A stretch of 63,318 nt of DNA, counting the filler, from Jimgerdemannia flammicorona (Eukaryota): the NCBI GenBank assembly GCA_003990765.1. It is 3 parts of 3 records of this genome, joined end to end, with 100 filler letters (N's around TTAATTAATTAA, not from the genome) between each part and the next. Parts side by side here need not be neighbours in the genome. Positions count along the whole stretch, not along the records: positions 42,295 to 63,318 come from RBNJ01001546.1; 2 more parts are not named here. One strand, written 5' to 3'. Both the position numbers and the translations under genes were made by a program. Positions 60,901 to 63,318 of the stretch are shown in pieces. Below the pieces are notes generated by a model. That model did not search any database. It was not told the origin of the DNA and was given only the letters and a program-made list of their open reading frames with translations. Numbering within the stretch: position 1 is the first letter of the stretch; the number at the start of each line of letters is the position of its first letter.

Positions 60901-63318
60901 AGGGGGATATGGTGCATGGCATGCAACAGATCTTGGAAGTACTGAAGAAAAGATGGCAGGGTCTGTGGAGTGAGGAGGAAGGGGGTGCTGATGAAGAGGT
61001 GATTGAAGACTCACTGGAGGAGTGGGGGTCACTGCAAGTAGACAGACTGGGTGATTTGATCTTACCTGTCCAAGAGGAGGAAATCCAGGGAGTCCTTATA
61101 GCAACTAAGCTAGAGATAGTGCCTGGTGAGAATGAGTTACCTTGGGACTTCTGAAAGAAGATGGCACAGGTCCCTGGAGTTTTAGAAGAGATGGCTGCCC
61201 TATGTGACCATGTTCTTCTAAATAGTGAGTGAGTTGGAGAGCAGGACTTGGGACTGGTGGCCTTATTGTACAAGGATAAGGGGAGGAGGGAGGACTGGAA
61301 GAACTGGAGGCCAATCATGCTTCTGGATATAGACAGGAAGATGATGACTAAGGTGATTGTTGTGAGGCTACAGAGGGTTGCCCAACAGGTGCTGGGTGAG
61401 GAGTAGAGGGGCTTTGTAGGAGGCAGGCTTATCAGGAATGGGACTGCCTGAGTGCATGGCATCATTGAAGAGGCCAGGGCTTGTGGACTAGATGGTAGAT
61501 TGGTCTTTTTGGACTAGGAGAAGGCCTACAACCATGTTCAGCAGGTTTGGTTAGGCAAGGTGCTGGACAGAATTGATGTTCCCCCATGGTTTCAGTCTTC
61601 TATATTGAATTTGTTGGAGGGTAGTAGGGTGGTACTAATGTGTAATGATCACCAGGGTTTGGCATTTCTCTTGAGAAGAGGAGTTCCTCAGGGAGACCTG
61701 CTGTCTTCTATCCTTTATGCTCTCTCATTGGAACCTTTGATGGATAGAATATGTCGGAGAGTGGCAGAGCTCTCTATGTATGGTGTGGTGTGGAAGGTTG
61801 GGGCTTTTGCAGATGATATGGTAGTTGGACTTAGATCAGTGGCAGATGTTGGGGTATTTAAGGAGATAGTGGAATAGTATGAGGTACACTCTGGGGCAAA
61901 ACTCAACTAGCATAAATGTGAGATAATGGTGTTAGGGAATGGGCTAGTGGGAGGGGACATCATTGGAACAATTGTCCCTACAGCAGAGGTAGTATGGTAT
62001 TTGGGCATCTTTCTTTATATATGACTCTGTCTTGCCTTGAGTATGGTGGGAGAGGAGAGTAGACATTTGGGGGGAGGCTAGAGATTGGAGGGGTCACCAC
62101 ATCTCCCTGGCAGGGCAGGTGTCGATTCTGAATGTCTACTGGTTCCCCAAGCTATGGTATGTGGCCTATCACTTAGATTTCCCAACTTGAGTAGTGAAGA
62201 GACTGATGAAACTGGCTAGGGATTGGATTTGGACAGAGAGGAGATCCCAGATCAGTTGGGATACTCTTGCAACACTGGTGGTTAGGGGAGGACTAGGCCT
62301 TGTGGATTTCTCTAAGTAGCTGTACTGCCTGCAAGCCTGGTGGTTGAAGAGAGCTGTTGAACTGCAGGGAGGAGGTTGGGTGCCACTGATGCAGAAGGTG
62401 TGGGAGATAAGGTACTCCTCTTTGGGGTCCTCAGGAGATTTGCTCTCTCTGGTGGGTCTGACTGAAAGCCAACAGCTATGAGGGCTTCTGGTAGAGAGTG
62501 GTAGAGGGAGCACATTGGATAGGCCTGTGCTGGTGAGGAAATGAGGGGGAGGTGTTGGGGGGTCCAGCTATGTGGAGGTGGGACAGACTCCTCTGGGGAG
62601 TGTTCTGCTTGCTGAGTTTGATATTGGTAATGGGGTGGAGTGTCAGCAAGGACTTGGTCAGGATCTTTGACTAAGTAGTTGGCAGGCAGTAGGGATTGGC
62701 AAGGAGTGGGACTGGGCAGAAGTCTGGTCATGGAGTGCTGAGGTGTAGAGGTGGCTTCCTCTCAAGTTCTGGGTAGTATGGTGGCAGATGCTGAGGAGGA
62801 ATATCATGCTAAATTTCCATGCTGGGCATCTGGTGGATGGTGGCCACTTTGATTGTGAGGAGTGTTATAATGTAGGGCAATTTGGGGGATTTGTGCAAAT
62901 GCCAGAACATTGGGTAGGAGGGTGTGAAGTTCTTGGGGACTTTTGGATAGCAGTAGGGGACTGGCTGGGTGTGGTGAGGAGGCCAGATAGAGAGAGAGGT
63001 CGCTGGGAGGATTTGAAGTCTTGTTTAGTGGGGGGTGTTGGTAATGGTTGGCTTACTATAGGGTGGGTTTTAGCAGTATAGGTAGGGCTGGCTGGACATT
63101 GGCTTTTTGTTTTTGAGGAGGGGCACCAGATAGGTGTCCAGGAGAAGTTGTTAAGGTGGGAGGGGTTGTTGAGTAATTTGCTGACTGAGTGGTGGGTTGG
63201 TTGGGGTCCCCAGGGTGGGCAACATTGCCAACTGGTGGAAGGGATTTGTGAACAGAGTGGTGGGCAAGTGGTGCTGGTGTCTGACAAAGTAGTCATTCAT
63301 CATGAGGGAGTGGGGGGG

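Larger units (their letters stand above)
52631..63318 (+). mobile_element. Near full-length L1/Tx1-type LINE, inactivated; ORF1 interrupted by Copia
   Basis: 5'UTR from 52631. ORF1 at 52712-53044 and 57967-~59680. ORF2 from ~59697: NIFSLNVN, GGDFNMV, WSDHW, WRPIMLLDIDRK, GVPQGDLLS, FADDM, CEEC..HWVGGC. Confidence 0.92.

Overview
Eukaryotic, most likely fungal, DNA. One CpG-retaining island (~6.35-17.8 kb) holds a single convincing host gene, an intronless BTB/POZ protein at 10786-11424 (-). It is surrounded by nested, decayed retroelements: three distinct dUTPase-encoding Ty3/Gypsy families, Ty1/Copia elements with a half-tRNA(iMet) primer site, several L1/Tx1-type LINE copies, a LINE-made processed retrocopy of an unknown mRNA, and an endonuclease-less Penelope-like element (PLE) with direct, inverted and tandem pLTRs. 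All but the youngest repeats show heavy C>T/G>A mutation at CpG and CpA, which is RIP-like. Two 100-bp N-TTAATTAATTAA-N spacers are artificial contig joins. Best leads: (1) a ~365-aa orphan ORF inside the U3 region of a 2-kb Gypsy LTR; (2) a 177-bp TIR-bounded cassette of GNA-triloop DNA mini-hairpins at the fold-back apex of the PLE pLTR; (3) retrovirus-like Gypsy layouts with dUTPase, a Cys-rich module, extra 3' ORFs and an AUG-less Gag extension. All calls come from reading motifs by eye. No database searches were run, and boundaries in the most degraded regions are approximate.
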